DNA from: Candidatus Magasanikiibacteriota bacterium
GTDB taxonomy: Bacteria; Patescibacteriota; Patescibacteriia; Magasanikbacterales; UBA922
DNA length: 64,000 nucleotides
Assembly: GCA_052033375.1 (NCBI GenBank)
Contig: JBPOJQ010000018.1
Coordinates: 1,671-65,670, forward strand
Direction of reading: 5' to 3'
The notes below the pieces were generated by a model. It was not told the origin of the DNA. It saw only the letters and a program-made list of their open reading frames with translations, and searched no databases. Numbering within the stretch: the stretch's first letter is position 1; each line of letters opens with the position of its first letter. Positions 21,897 through 32,413 of this stretch are shown here, in pieces. Made by a program: the position numbers and the translations under genes.

Positions 21897-21931
21897 TTCC
21901 CTCCACTCTTAGGGGAAGGAAGGGTGGGGTT
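21897..21931. repeat. intergenic REP-like element
   Basis: ttccctccactcttaggggaaggaagggtggggtt, similar to 12673 and 51633. Confidence 0.55.
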
Positions 21932-21946
21932 CATCGAAAAAATTAA

Positions 21947-22408
21947 CTATATACGGCTTACCAAAATTTTCTCAAGCTCAATACTAAAAATTTTCTTTAA
22001 TTTCTCCAATTCCTCAGGCGAAGGTTTTTGATTCTCAGCTGAACGTAGATCTTTATCTATCTGCCATATTGGCTTATTAGGGAGTAGATCGTCAGAGTGT
22101 CTAGGAAAAATATGCCAATGCAAATGTGGATCTCCATTACCCAAAAGTTCATAATTCAATTTTTTGGGTTTGAATGCACAGTAAACAGCTTCTGCGACAA
22201 TACTCATCTCTTCCAAAAATTGTTTCTTAAAGTTAGTCTCTAATTCATGTAATTCAAATACATGCTCCTTACACAGAAAAAGTGCGTACCCCCTAAAAAA
22301 TTGATGGTCACCAAGAACCACATATCCCGTTTCAAGTTCTTTCACAAACCAGGGATTGGTGTTGTTCTTAATTAAATCAATTCGTACACAAATCAAGCAA
22401 CTATCCAT
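21947..22408 (-). CDS. HIT-family hydrolase
   Basis: histidine triad PHLHWHIFPR. Confidence 0.9.
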   Translation of the reverse strand: MDSCLICVRIDLIKNNTNPWFVKELETGYVVLGDHQFFRGYALFLCKEHVFELHELETNFKKQFLEEMSIVAEAVYCAFKPKKLNYELLGNGDPHLHWHIFPRHSDDLLPNKPIWQIDKDLRSAENQKPSPEELEKLKKIFSIELEKILVSRI

Positions 22409-22417
22409 AGTAATAAT

Positions 22418-23182
22418 TTATGTCCGCAATCTCCAACCTATGGAAAACAATCTCCACACCAATCCTCCAAATAGAAGTATAAGGCCGATAATAACACACC
22501 AACCAATGAGAGCACTCCCCTCTCTAATTCCGACCATTGCATACCGCAGTCCGTCCACAAAATAAAAAAACGGATTAAATTTCACAAAGATCTGTATCTT
22601 CTCCGGAAGCATGGTAACAGAATTGAACACTCCCCCAAGAAAAGTAAGTGGAGTAATAACAAATACACTTAATACTGAGAGCTGTTCAAAATTCTGCGCC
22701 CACAATGCAACAAGGAGTCCAAGAAGAGAAAAAATAATCGAAACAGCAATCGTATATAGAAGAAATAATCCAAGATGAGTAATGGTCGCTGCACTAAAAA
22801 TAAGTGCAATCACATATACACCTATCCCGACAATCACTCCGCGCGCCACGCCACCAATCACATAGCCGACAATCATTTCAAAATGTGATAACGGTGCAAC
22901 CAATATCTCCTCAATATGTTTTGCAAAACGCTGAAAATACAATGATGACGATGTTTGTGCAAAAGAAGAACCAATCAGATTGAGCATGAGAATTCCAGGC
23001 AATACAAAATCAATATAGGCAACCCCGGCAATAAGATCGATGTTACTCCCTACCACTACTCCAAAAATGAGGATATAGAGAAGTGCATTAATCCATGGCG
23101 ACAGAAGCGTCTGGATATATACCCGAAACGATCGCTGTATTTCTCGCTCAATAAATGTTTGAAGGCCGATAATATTCATCAT
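22418..23182 (-). CDS. ABC-2 type transporter permease (YadH-like)
   Basis: 6 TM; IEEILVAPLS, PLTFLGGVF, NPFFYFVDGLR. Confidence 0.9.
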   Translation of the reverse strand: MMNIIGLQTFIEREIQRSFRVYIQTLLSPWINALLYILIFGVVVGSNIDLIAGVAYIDFVLPGILMLNLIGSSFAQTSSSLYFQRFAKHIEEILVAPLSHFEMIVGYVIGGVARGVIVGIGVYVIALIFSAATITHLGLFLLYTIAVSIIFSLLGLLVALWAQNFEQLSVLSVFVITPLTFLGGVFNSVTMLPEKIQIFVKFNPFFYFVDGLRYAMVGIREGSALIGWCVIIGLILLFGGLVWRLFSIGWRLRT

Positions 23183-23191
23183 AATAGGAAG

Positions 23192-23914
23192 TTATTTTTT
23201 CTTTGCAGTGAGCGAAAGAAACTTCGCTTCAAGACTACTGCCATCTTTTACAAAGTCAGACTTGGGTGCATCAGCAATAATTTTTCCACCATCGATAATA
23301 GCAACACGTTGGCAAAGTTCTTCCACCTCTTCTAGATAATGAGAAGTAAACATAATAGTTTTGCCAGCAGCATTAATTTTTTTCAAATACTCCCACAATT
23401 CAAGCCGAAGTTCTACATCAACTCCCGCAGTTGGTTCATCAAGAATCAAAAGCTTTGGATCATGAATCATGGCACGTGCAAGGAGTACCCGACGCTTGAG
23501 TCCACCAGAAAGCTGCATGAACGTTTTCTCTTTATGCGGCTCCAAATCAAGGATATTAAAAAGTTCCTTAATTCGATTTTTCCGTTGCTCTTTGGTCATT
23601 CCATAATACCCACCCACATACCACAATATTTTCTCTGCAGAAGCAAAAATATCCATATTAAATTCCTGCGGAGCAAGCCCTACCAGCATTCTAGCTTCCC
23701 GATACTCTTTTTCAACATCTTTATCAAACACTTTAATCGTCCCAGATGTAATCCGACCAATACCAGTAATGGCGCTGATCGTTGTGGTTTTTCCCGCCCC
23801 ATTTCTCCCCAAAAAACCAAAAAAGTCGCCAGGTTCAACAGTCAGAGAAATATCATTGACCGCAACGGTCTCTCCGTATTTCTTGGTAAAATGTGTTATC
23901 TCAAGTGCATGCAT
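23192..23914 (-). CDS. ABC transporter ATP-binding protein (YadG-like)
   Basis: GRNGAGKT, LSGG, LILDEPTAG, SHYLEE. Confidence 0.95.
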   Translation of the reverse strand: MHALEITHFTKKYGETVAVNDISLTVEPGDFFGFLGRNGAGKTTTISAITGIGRITSGTIKVFDKDVEKEYREARMLVGLAPQEFNMDIFASAEKILWYVGGYYGMTKEQRKNRIKELFNILDLEPHKEKTFMQLSGGLKRRVLLARAMIHDPKLLILDEPTAGVDVELRLELWEYLKKINAAGKTIMFTSHYLEEVEELCQRVAIIDGGKIIADAPKSDFVKDGSSLEAKFLSLTAKKK

Positions 23915-23999
23915 ACAGCAAAATCAAAAATAAGAACAATATTACTAATTGTAACACTAAAATTAGCTTTAATCAAGCTTAAAATATATAAAAAATGCC

Positions 24000-24719
24000 T
24001 TATAAATTAACCATTGCCCGGATCAGTTTCTGAGAAGAAATATCGACTCGATATGATTTTTCAGGATGCCACTGTACTGCATAGATTGGATAACTTTCAT
24101 GTTCGATAGCCTCAATAATTCCATCCGAACTTCGAGCAGAAATTTTCAACCCGTTCCCCAAATTCTTTACACTCTGATTATGAAACGAATTTACCATCAT
24201 TTCAGAAGTACCAGAGAAAATACGGGATAAAAATGAATTCGATTCAATCATGATAGGGTGAAGCAATTTCTCAATATCTTCTTTGGGTTGACGATGCCCA
24301 AAAGTTCCAGGCACATCATGATGCAGATTCTGATAGAGTGACCCTCCAAAAAATACATTGATCACTTGTAATCCTCGGCATATTCCAAATACTGGTTTTC
24401 GAAGTTCAATAGCAGCCTCAAGCAAACCAAATTCAATATCGTCGCGACAAGAATATGTCTGCACAGTATCATATCGCACTTCTTCACCATATCGAGTAGT
24501 CTGTACATCATGGCCACCAGTGAGAACTATGATATCAACCATTGCGACCATGGCCCGAAGTTCTTCTAATGAAAAGGTAAGGGCTGGAACTACAACAGGT
24601 AGCGCCCCTTCGGCATGAAATGGATAGACTTTATAATCCTGCACAATAACCGAGGGAAGCCCGAATACTTTTTCAGGTTCGACTTCATTATGATGAGAGG
24701 TAATAAGAATTTTTTTCAT
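24000..24719 (-). CDS. peptidase C26 / gamma-glutamyl-GABA hydrolase family
   Basis: LTGGHDV, GICRGLQ, NSFHNQ, VQWHPE. Confidence 0.92.
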   Translation of the reverse strand: MKKILITSHHNEVEPEKVFGLPSVIVQDYKVYPFHAEGALPVVVPALTFSLEELRAMVAMVDIIVLTGGHDVQTTRYGEEVRYDTVQTYSCRDDIEFGLLEAAIELRKPVFGICRGLQVINVFFGGSLYQNLHHDVPGTFGHRQPKEDIEKLLHPIMIESNSFLSRIFSGTSEMMVNSFHNQSVKNLGNGLKISARSSDGIIEAIEHESYPIYAVQWHPEKSYRVDISSQKLIRAMVNL

Positions 24720-24885
24720 ACATAAAAAAGAAAAAGCGGCTACTACAAGCCAACAAACTCAAAAAAGAATATCAATAAATAATCGTTATGTCAAAAAAAT
24801 AAACTTGACTGATGTATAGATATTTGGTTAAGTAAAAAGCGGTATTTCACACAAAGTGGACTTCAACCGTCACGGAGGAACACAC

Positions 24886-25521
24886 ATGAAAAACCAACCT
24901 GGTACTAAGTCGAAAACTCAAACTGCTCCTGGTCGAGACAAAGAGGACGAACTCATCTCAAGGTGGAAGCAGGGTGCGTCAAAAGCTTTCAAGGACATGT
25001 ACCGACATTTCCAGAGTTACGTGCTCACGATCGCGATGAGGGTGGTCAACAACCCCGAAAGATCCTGGGACGTGATGCAGGAAGTCTTCCTGAAGATTCA
25101 CCGCTATGGTGATCATTTCGAAGAAGGGACCAATTTCCGAGCATGGATCAGACGGATCACCATCAACACTTCGATCAGTGCTCTGAAAAAAAGCAAAGCT
25201 GATGCACTGAAGAACGAAGAGTACGACGAGCGTCTTCACCGAAACCAGAAAACAGAGACATACTCAGTCGACACGATTCCTGATGCAGCGCTCGAGAACA
25301 AGGAGCTGAACAGCGCAATCCAGGCCGAACTTGATCGACTGCCGCCCGAACGCAAGGAATTGATCGTGCTCTGTGACTGGGAAGGGCTTTCATACCAGGA
25401 GGCAGCGGACAAAACCGGCACCAAAATCGGCACCGTGATGTCTCGCCTCTTCCGAGCCAGGAAAGAAATGATCGAGCGACTCATCAAAAAGCTCGACGAA
25501 TACCCGGGCCACCCGGGGTAA
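24886..25521 (+). CDS. ECF sigma-70 factor
   Basis: DVMQEVFLK, FRAWIRRITIN, GLSYQEAA...GTVMSRLFRAR; GGAGG Shine-Dalgarno. Confidence 0.92.
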   Translation: MKNQPGTKSKTQTAPGRDKEDELISRWKQGASKAFKDMYRHFQSYVLTIAMRVVNNPERSWDVMQEVFLKIHRYGDHFEEGTNFRAWIRRITINTSISALKKSKADALKNEEYDERLHRNQKTETYSVDTIPDAALENKELNSAIQAELDRLPPERKELIVLCDWEGLSYQEAADKTGTKIGTVMSRLFRARKEMIERLIKKLDEYPGHPG

Positions 25522-25677
25522 CGCAAGATGGAGAAAACATGCAGATTCGAGGCACCGAGCGCCTTGAAAGACGGCCTGCAGACCAGCAAATTCATCGGAG
25601 CGTGCCGTCGCTCCATCACCAAAAAAACATCAGATATTTCTGGTGTTTTTTTGTACATATATTATGTGAAAATACGA

Positions 25678-26220
25678 TTATCGCACAAAACATTTTCTAC
25701 ATAAGGGCTCATAGGTGAACGTCCCATCATCTGGAATAACCGGCGGCATTCCCCCCATCAGAGGGGTGCCCTGCATATACACCTGCGTATACACTGCAGT
25801 AAAATTCTTACAGTCATTACACACCGCCCGCTTATATTTCACCTCATGGGGACCGAGCTCAAATAATTTTTTGGTCATGTCAAATAACTCTCCTCGATAA
25901 TCAGTATCAAGTCCGGATACAATCACATCAGTCCCCCGTGACAAAAGCTCGCCAATATAGTGAGCATCACTTGGCTCAAACATATGTATCTCGTCAATTC
26001 CCACCAGAGACAAATCTTCGTTCAAAATTTCTTGAAGAGATTGTATTTTCTTTGCATGAATAAACAGTCCGCTTCGAGATTCGATTCCCGTATCACGCAC
26101 ATTTCGCAGAGGCTGATACAGCGCAAATTTCGACATCGTATACTGAAGCGGTGAAAAATGACTAATAAGGTCAAAGGATTTTCCGCTCTTCATGGGACCA
26201 AGAATAAGGGTGAGGTGCAT
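25678..26220 (-). CDS. tdk: thymidine kinase
   Basis: GPMKSGKS, IDEIHMF, SGLDTDYRG, CxxC, YEPLCRKC. Confidence 0.9.
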   Translation of the reverse strand: MHLTLILGPMKSGKSFDLISHFSPLQYTMSKFALYQPLRNVRDTGIESRSGLFIHAKKIQSLQEILNEDLSLVGIDEIHMFEPSDAHYIGELLSRGTDVIVSGLDTDYRGELFDMTKKLFELGPHEVKYKRAVCNDCKNFTAVYTQVYMQGTPLMGGMPPVIPDDGTFTYEPLCRKCFVR

Positions 26221-26522
26221 AGCGTATTGAGTTTAAAAAAAGCACACTGATAGTGTACCATGCAGTTTAAAAATAAAAAAAGCCCCCACGAATGGGGGGA
26301 TTTTTTTATTCTGCTTCGGTGGTCTCTTCAGGTTTCTTCGGTTCATCCAAAACAGGTTTCTTCTCCTCAGCTTCTACTACATGTGTCATATGCTTCAATA
26401 CAATTGTCTGTCGTTTCAATAGGATAATCGATATACCCATTGGATTGTACAGCTGAATAATATCTTTAGTAACCATACTCCCATTAGAGAGTACTGTCAA
26501 CAAAAATCAACAGAAGAACAAT

Positions 26523-27293
26523 CTAACTTTTGGGAGGCAGTGGAATAAACACACTCGTCTGCCTTTTGTATGCTGCAAAATCAGGATGTTGCTCCATTTT
26601 TTTCTCAAGCATGGGTACACCAGAAACTTTGAGAATGAGGGTGGTAATCACTATAGGACCAATAATTCCATACCAGCCATATACAGAATTAAACGTGATG
26701 AGCCATATACCCCACCACTGAGTAACTTCACCAAAATAATTAGGGTGTCTCGTATATCGCCACAAACCAGATTTCATGAGAAGCCCTTTATTTCGTGGAT
26801 CTCGCATAAATGTTCCCAACTGCGCATCACCTACAGACTCAAAAAAGAAACCAATCCCCCAAATCAATATACCTATACACTCGATAAACCCAAAAATAGA
26901 CGTGCCTGGATGCGCATTGAATAATACCACCGGAAATATAATCAGATACAACAAAAAACCCTGCAATAGATACACTTGAGCGTAGGATCGAAGATAAAAC
27001 CACTTCCCCCATTCTTTTCGCCATGCAAGATATCGGTAATCTTCGGTTTTGCCCTTATTTCGTGCATGGATATGCCACGCGAGTCGGACGCCCCAGATTG
27101 TTATTAGTACCCCAATAACAAGACTGGATATAGCAGAGGTGTCTGATACTGCAACAGAAACCCACGTCAGAAGCACAAACCCCAATCCCCACGCAATATC
27201 AGCGACATCATTTCTTTTTTTCAAAACCGAAATACCAAACCATACCGTCATGTACACCAACAATATGAAACCAAGCATCAAATAATAATTCAT
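26523..27293 (-). CDS. DUF1295 / steroid 5-alpha-reductase-like membrane protein
   Basis: [24 protein letters not shown]. Confidence 0.88.
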   Translation of the reverse strand: MNYYLMLGFILLVYMTVWFGISVLKKRNDVADIAWGLGFVLLTWVSVAVSDTSAISSLVIGVLITIWGVRLAWHIHARNKGKTEDYRYLAWRKEWGKWFYLRSYAQVYLLQGFLLYLIIFPVVLFNAHPGTSIFGFIECIGILIWGIGFFFESVGDAQLGTFMRDPRNKGLLMKSGLWRYTRHPNYFGEVTQWWGIWLITFNSVYGWYGIIGPIVITTLILKVSGVPMLEKKMEQHPDFAAYKRQTSVFIPLPPKS

Positions 27294-27688
27294 ACACTCA
27301 TTTTACTAGCAATAAGGTAGACAATCACTCCGACTGAAGCTGATAATACAGCACCCCACACGAGATCAACGATCGTTACATTGAGAGGCCAATCTCTGAT
27401 AGTAGCAAGATTAGTCAAATCATAGGTAGCATACGTAATCAGACCAAACAATGCTCCATATACCAATGCATGCGCCCATGATCCTTTTGCAAGCGCGGGG
27501 GAGATAACGAACACTACCAATCCAAAGATAAACAGCAGGTAGAATATAATTGCAGCAACCCAATTAATATGTGTTTTCATAAGAAAACCTAGGTGCTCAC
27601 GATAAAAATTTTTTGCGACCAGCCCGAGCCATACCATATCGATAGCAAAAAAGACCGGCAATGCGATAGCGTATAATTTGATAAGCAT
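27290..27688 (-). CDS. DUF2177-family membrane protein
   Basis: [22 protein letters not shown]. Confidence 0.85.
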   Translation of the reverse strand: MLIKLYAIALPVFFAIDMVWLGLVAKNFYREHLGFLMKTHINWVAAIIFYLLFIFGLVVFVISPALAKGSWAHALVYGALFGLITYATYDLTNLATIRDWPLNVTIVDLVWGAVLSASVGVIVYLIASKMSV

Positions 27689-27757
27689 ATACATCAATAA
27701 TAAAGATACTACAGACATCATATCAAAAAATCGCCATATAAGCGATTTTTTGTATTT

Positions 27758-28174
27758 TTATTTTTTATTCGCTTCAGCCGCAGCTTTCTCATCCATATAG
27801 AACACTTCCCACACATGTCCATCAAGATCGTGAAAATCTCTCGAATACATCCAGCCATAATCCTGCGCAGGCACAGGTTCGACTCCACCAGCTCCAAGCG
27901 CTTTTTCAAGTAAAGCATCCACCTCTTCTCTACTACCGACAGAAAAAGCATTCAATACTTCCACATGCGTATGTGCATCAATGATTTCTTTTTTAGTAAA
28001 ATCCTTAAACCTCTTTTCTACCAAAAGCATGGCAAATATATTGTCACCAATAATCATGCAGGTTGCATTCTCATCCGTGAATTGTGGGTTGAAGGTAAAA
28101 CCAAGCTGAGTAAAAAAATCAATTGATTTTTGAAGATCTGTAACCGCTAAATTAACAAATATTTGCTTAATCAT
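27758..28174 (-). CDS. VOC/glyoxalase-family protein
   Basis: IFVNLAVTDL..S..FF..LGF, FHDLDGHVWE. Confidence 0.9.
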   Translation of the reverse strand: MIKQIFVNLAVTDLQKSIDFFTQLGFTFNPQFTDENATCMIIGDNIFAMLLVEKRFKDFTKKEIIDAHTHVEVLNAFSVGSREEVDALLEKALGAGGVEPVPAQDYGWMYSRDFHDLDGHVWEVFYMDEKAAAEANKK

Positions 28175-28184
28175 ATAGTCAAAA

Positions 28185-28589
28185 TTAAGAATTGAGCTTT
28201 TTATCTGCAAAAATTGCTCGGTATTTATCCCAATACGCATACCCAAGATATGCAGTAAGAATACTTACAATAACTCCAGTTACTACATATAGAGGTGCTA
28301 CCGTTCCATTATATACAATGACCCCAACACAGATTGGTGCGAGGAATAACAATGCGAGCGCAGGCAAAAAACCCAAAATAAGCATAATACCCACTACAAC
28401 CTCAGTTGTTTTAATCAATTGAAAAATTCCCATATCCCACAGTTGCATCATAGTCGGAGCCATAAGGGCTGGTACATTCTTCATTTCAGGCCCGGCCGCA
28501 ATTCCACTGATTCCGCTAAAAAGAATAAACAAACCAAGGAGTATTCTAACACTAACCACTAATGTGCGATTACGAAAATTCATAATCAA
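28185..28589 (-). CDS. DoxX-like membrane protein
   Basis: RILLGLF...G; 4 TM. Confidence 0.65.
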   Translation of the reverse strand: MIMNFRNRTLVVSVRILLGLFILFSGISGIAAGPEMKNVPALMAPTMMQLWDMGIFQLIKTTEVVVGIMLILGFLPALALLFLAPICVGVIVYNGTVAPLYVVTGVIVSILTAYLGYAYWDKYRAIFADKKLNS

Positions 28590-28722
28590 TAATTAAAATT
28601 AATACTTACACTACTGTAATATAGAATAACTGTTTACACAAGGCTGTATACTATATGTATATAGAAACACTATATTGTCCAAAAAAAACAACTGTGATAC
28701 GATGGACCATATCTATACAACT

Positions 28723-29106
28723 ATGAATGAACCAATTACCATAATTCATCAATCAGAAAAAATTATTATCAAAATTGCAGGCTCGCTGACTGACGACCGA
28801 CTCGGCCTACTCAAAAAAAACATCACAGATGGTGAGGCATTGATTAAGCATGCATCGGAAAAACAGGGTAAAAAAATCAATATACTCCTCGACCTTACAG
28901 AATTCGATGGTACCTACGATATGGGTGCCATGGAACTCATGGTGCAATTCGGAAAAAATAATAGACACTTTATTGAAAAAACTGCAGTATTTGGTGGCTC
29001 AGCGAAAGCTAATTTGATTGGAAAAAGCACGGCAGCATTGACCGGCAGAGAGAATATCAAATTCTTCACAACACAAGCAGAAGCCGAAAGCTGGCTCGAA
29101 AGATAG
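28723..29106 (+). CDS. STAS/SEC14 (SpoIIAA-like) domain protein
   Basis: ILLDLTEF, KTAVFG, KFFTTQAEAESWL. Confidence 0.7.
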   Translation: MNEPITIIHQSEKIIIKIAGSLTDDRLGLLKKNITDGEALIKHASEKQGKKINILLDLTEFDGTYDMGAMELMVQFGKNNRHFIEKTAVFGGSAKANLIGKSTAALTGRENIKFFTTQAEAESWLER

Positions 29107-29172
29107 ATAAGTGAACTACTATTAACTCATCTATCCTACTCTCGAAGCGGATACCTGAGACTGTAATAATAT

Positions 29173-29198
29173 AAAAACTGGGTATTACCCAGTTTTTT
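29173..29198. terminator. bidirectional intrinsic terminator closing the RT locus
   Basis: aaaaactgggta-t-tacccagtttttt between convergent genes. Confidence 0.75.
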
Positions 29199-29202
29199 CG
29201 AA

Positions 29203-29379
29203 TCAAGCACCAAACGTCTTATTACGTGTACGCTTCCCCACAGCGACCGGATCTCGAAAGACTCTTGGAGGAGAATTTAATTTTCGAGTATCAAAAGAAT
29301 GCCCCAATTTTTGTGGAATATCAGTCTTCTGACCTTCTTTCTTTAGCGTATCGAGATAACCTTTATACCATTTTTTCAT
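29203..29379 (-). CDS. 58-aa basic hypothetical protein (below the ORF-track cutoff)
   Basis: MKKWYKGYLDTLKKEGQKTDIPQKLGHSFDTRKLNSPPRVFRDPVAVGKRTRNKTFGA; fills the gap between the PLD gene and the terminator. Confidence 0.5.
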   Translation of the reverse strand: MKKWYKGYLDTLKKEGQKTDIPQKLGHSFDTRKLNSPPRVFRDPVAVGKRTRNKTFGA

Positions 29380-29428
29380 ATATACGTGTAATTATAATCA
29401 GCCCGAACATCAAAACATGATACCAATA

Positions 29429-30694
29429 TTACTTCGCTTTGTCAAGATTCAAATCAAAAGTTTGTTTGAAAGATTGTGTAATATACGGAATATCACTAAT
29501 CATAATTGACTCATTATTATTAAAAAAACCATTCGTGCTCCAATTATTAGTTCCAAATGCTGCAATAGTACGATCGATCAATAACAAGTGGTGATGGAGG
29601 AAAGAATTAATATCTGTTTCATTGAACACGTCCCGAATTTCAATATTTCGTTTGTAATCAGTAAACACCTGTAAATTGTCCAGGGTATATAAGTCTTTCT
29701 GGGTAGTCAGCCATGGGAATGCAGAATCAGCTACAGAATAATTAGAATCATCAGTAAGTATAGTCAGCGGCAAACCTTCTTTACTTTTTTCAATAAAGGC
29801 CCGGGCAATAGTGCTGTCAGTCAAATTCCAAATCAAAACCTCAATTATTTTTTTAGCCTCAGTAATGAGACGTACAAAACGTGTACGCACACTTGTCATA
29901 TTCGTCGGAGCGGGTGTAAACCAAATTTCTATAAAGCCTTCCGGATAATTAAATAATGCAACATATGGATTACGTTCAGCCAAAGAACCTCCCGTATATA
30001 TACGATTGAATTCTCTACCAAATACCTCAATAATTTCAGGACGAGTGGTTTCTAATACAAAGCTTGGATCATACTTCTCCTGAAGAGAGGTGAAATTATA
30101 CGAACCGAAAAAAAGTTTTGCTGAAGCAAAATTTCGGTCAATGATGATGAACTTATGATGCATCGATCCCAGTGTGCCCTCAGCTCCTGCGTCTACACGC
30201 AATATATTTTGGGGTGGATTATAAAAAACCAAATCATGTGCTGCTTTCCGCTTCTCACTCAAAAGTAATTTAACCTCGACTCCACGTTGGGCAGCGCGAT
30301 AGAGTGCATCGCGTATCAATGGATGATCTATCGAATACACTGCCAACTCGATTTGTACGTCTGCGTCGTCTATCGCATCAATAATCAGAGATGAAAGATG
30401 TGTATTCCCAAAATCAGTATTAAAATATACATGTCCCGAAAACGATTCGGTGACTTGCATAGTCTGTGCAGGTACAAAAACTGAATCCCGAGATGGAATA
30501 TCTGTCGATACTACACGAGAATCCTGTGGTAATGCATACTCAACAATCTCCTGATCATGTGAACGTGTGAACACAAATATACCCACCAATGCGCATGCAA
30601 AAAATAATAAAAATATCGGAATAAACCAAACAAAAAAACGAGAAGTTGTGTGCGGAGGATCAAAGGATGGGTCTAATTTTGGTGCTAAGTTCAT
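29429..30694 (-). CDS. phospholipase D superfamily protein with N-terminal TM anchor
   Basis: HKD1 HHKFIIID..GSYNFT; second motif HHHLLLID..GTNNWS; hydrophobic helix near the N-terminus. Confidence 0.88.
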   Translation of the reverse strand: MNLAPKLDPSFDPPHTTSRFFVWFIPIFLLFFACALVGIFVFTRSHDQEIVEYALPQDSRVVSTDIPSRDSVFVPAQTMQVTESFSGHVYFNTDFGNTHLSSLIIDAIDDADVQIELAVYSIDHPLIRDALYRAAQRGVEVKLLLSEKRKAAHDLVFYNPPQNILRVDAGAEGTLGSMHHKFIIIDRNFASAKLFFGSYNFTSLQEKYDPSFVLETTRPEIIEVFGREFNRIYTGGSLAERNPYVALFNYPEGFIEIWFTPAPTNMTSVRTRFVRLITEAKKIIEVLIWNLTDSTIARAFIEKSKEGLPLTILTDDSNYSVADSAFPWLTTQKDLYTLDNLQVFTDYKRNIEIRDVFNETDINSFLHHHLLLIDRTIAAFGTNNWSTNGFFNNNESIMISDIPYITQSFKQTFDLNLDKAK

Positions 30695-32387
30695 GCTGTT
30701 GGGTATAAGGTAAAAAATCATTGGCAGTATTCGCAAATACCAACATGATCGACGTCGGAAGTGCCTGTCCCAATATGCGTATCATATCAATAATACGAGG
30801 ATATTGTAAATCAAGCCAAAAATTATCAATAACCAACACCGGTCGACCGGTGACCAACGAATGAAGTGCATGCAATGCAAAGGCCTGTAATGGATTTCTA
30901 AGTACGGTGTCCGCAGATACAGTATAATTTCCATCGGCCGACACAAGATCCACAATGGAAGGATAGCGATTCATGATACGAAGTGCCTCGGCAAATTCTT
31001 CAGTCGTAATACGGTCTCTTAATTTTCCCATCACGCACTCCATGAGCGTGCGATCAGTCCGAAAATTAGGATCAAAAAAATACACATCACCACACACACT
31101 CTGCCATGCCGTAAATTCAAATCGTTTGGCATCCACAGTGACTTTTATTGCACGCGGATTGTACGCCGTAACGCCAGCAAATAATCGTGCCAACGCAGTC
31201 TTGCCAGTCATATTTGACCCAAAAAATAATACACGGTCACCTGGATTAAAGCCAAAACGGATGTTTCTATGATATGACCCCTCTGAAAAAAGTTTGGTCT
31301 TATGGCTATAAAATCCGAGACTTTTTTCTCTCAGACTACAGGTGGTATCTGCGGTGAGATGCGCACTCGATTGAAAGACAGTCAAAGAAATACCCAACCG
31401 AGCAGGAAATATATAGAGCCCCATTCGCATGGACTCATGTAGCGCACGAGAAAAATAAATAAGTAACAATATGAATAAAAATCGTTCACCACTATCCCCT
31501 GTTCCTAAAAAAGAAAAAAATATTGTAGGAAAAAAATGACTACAAATAGATACGACGACCAAAAAGATAAACACCATCTTGAAACCGAGACGCATCCAAA
31601 TATCTCGACGTATACGGAAAAAAGAATCAAACAGTACCAGTTTATCGAACTTACTGAGAACCGAATCTTGTTGTCGAAATATATTCAAAAAACTAATATT
31701 AGTAGTATTGATATCCATTTCTCTGATAATCTGCGAATAAAACGTAACCTCTTGCGACACATACAATCGTGACACTGCATACCCACCGAAAAATAAAAGT
31801 GCTGACACTAGCACAAATACACCTACAACAGAAAAAACATGGTACTGACTAATTGTTGAAATCAACACTACAATTCCCAAATACATCAACCAGCGCCAGA
31901 ACCCAAAAAAAGTATTAGATACACCAAGGGTAGCAAGTGGCAAATGATAAGAAATCTTTGCAATGAGATTTGCGTGTGTATCTGAAGAAAAATACCTAGA
32001 TGAACGTCCAAGAAAATGCTTAAAAATACGTCGCCTAATGCTATTCGTGAACAGAACCACGAATAACCGTTCATATTTGATGGCAAAAAAAGAATTAACT
32101 AAAAATATACCAATAAGCACTAAAAATAATAATACAAAATGTGTAGACAACCAGAGGCGCGTCCCATCCGAAATCTGATCACGGCTAAAAATAATCAACG
32201 CAGACTCAATAATACCCTGAGAAAACAGTAGCAGTAGTAAGCCGATAATCAACACGCGATGTTTTTTTAAAAAATCACGAAGAAACTGATAATGTTCGCG
32301 AGTAAATAACACATTTCTCCATTCACGACTCTCTTTTTTCGCCAATCTAAGAAGCCGCGCCTGTTCCCGAATCTGTGTACTAAACAT
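30660..32387 (-). CDS. ABC exporter-like protein (TM domain plus degenerate nucleotide-binding domain)
   Basis: about 6 TM helices, Walker A GSNMTGKT, Walker-B-like VLVIDN, no LSGGQ signature. Confidence 0.75.
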   Translation of the reverse strand: MFSTQIREQARLLRLAKKESREWRNVLFTREHYQFLRDFLKKHRVLIIGLLLLLFSQGIIESALIIFSRDQISDGTRLWLSTHFVLLFLVLIGIFLVNSFFAIKYERLFVVLFTNSIRRRIFKHFLGRSSRYFSSDTHANLIAKISYHLPLATLGVSNTFFGFWRWLMYLGIVVLISTISQYHVFSVVGVFVLVSALLFFGGYAVSRLYVSQEVTFYSQIIREMDINTTNISFLNIFRQQDSVLSKFDKLVLFDSFFRIRRDIWMRLGFKMVFIFLVVVSICSHFFPTIFFSFLGTGDSGERFLFILLLIYFSRALHESMRMGLYIFPARLGISLTVFQSSAHLTADTTCSLREKSLGFYSHKTKLFSEGSYHRNIRFGFNPGDRVLFFGSNMTGKTALARLFAGVTAYNPRAIKVTVDAKRFEFTAWQSVCGDVYFFDPNFRTDRTLMECVMGKLRDRITTEEFAEALRIMNRYPSIVDLVSADGNYTVSADTVLRNPLQAFALHALHSLVTGRPVLVIDNFWLDLQYPRIIDMIRILGQALPTSIMLVFANTANDFLPYTQQHELSTKIRPIL

Positions 32388-32413
32388 AGTAAGATACTCT
32401 ATGTGTATTATTC

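Noticed and set aside
23339-24010. Long antisense ORFs (e.g. 23339-24010, 11594-12103, 17557-18087)
   Set aside because: They shadow well-conserved genes on the opposite strand and have no recognisable motifs.
26306-26503. Short acidic ORF upstream of tdk
   Set aside because: The listed start coincides with a TTGACA promoter-like box; only a ~27-aa low-complexity tail is plausible, which is too weak to call.
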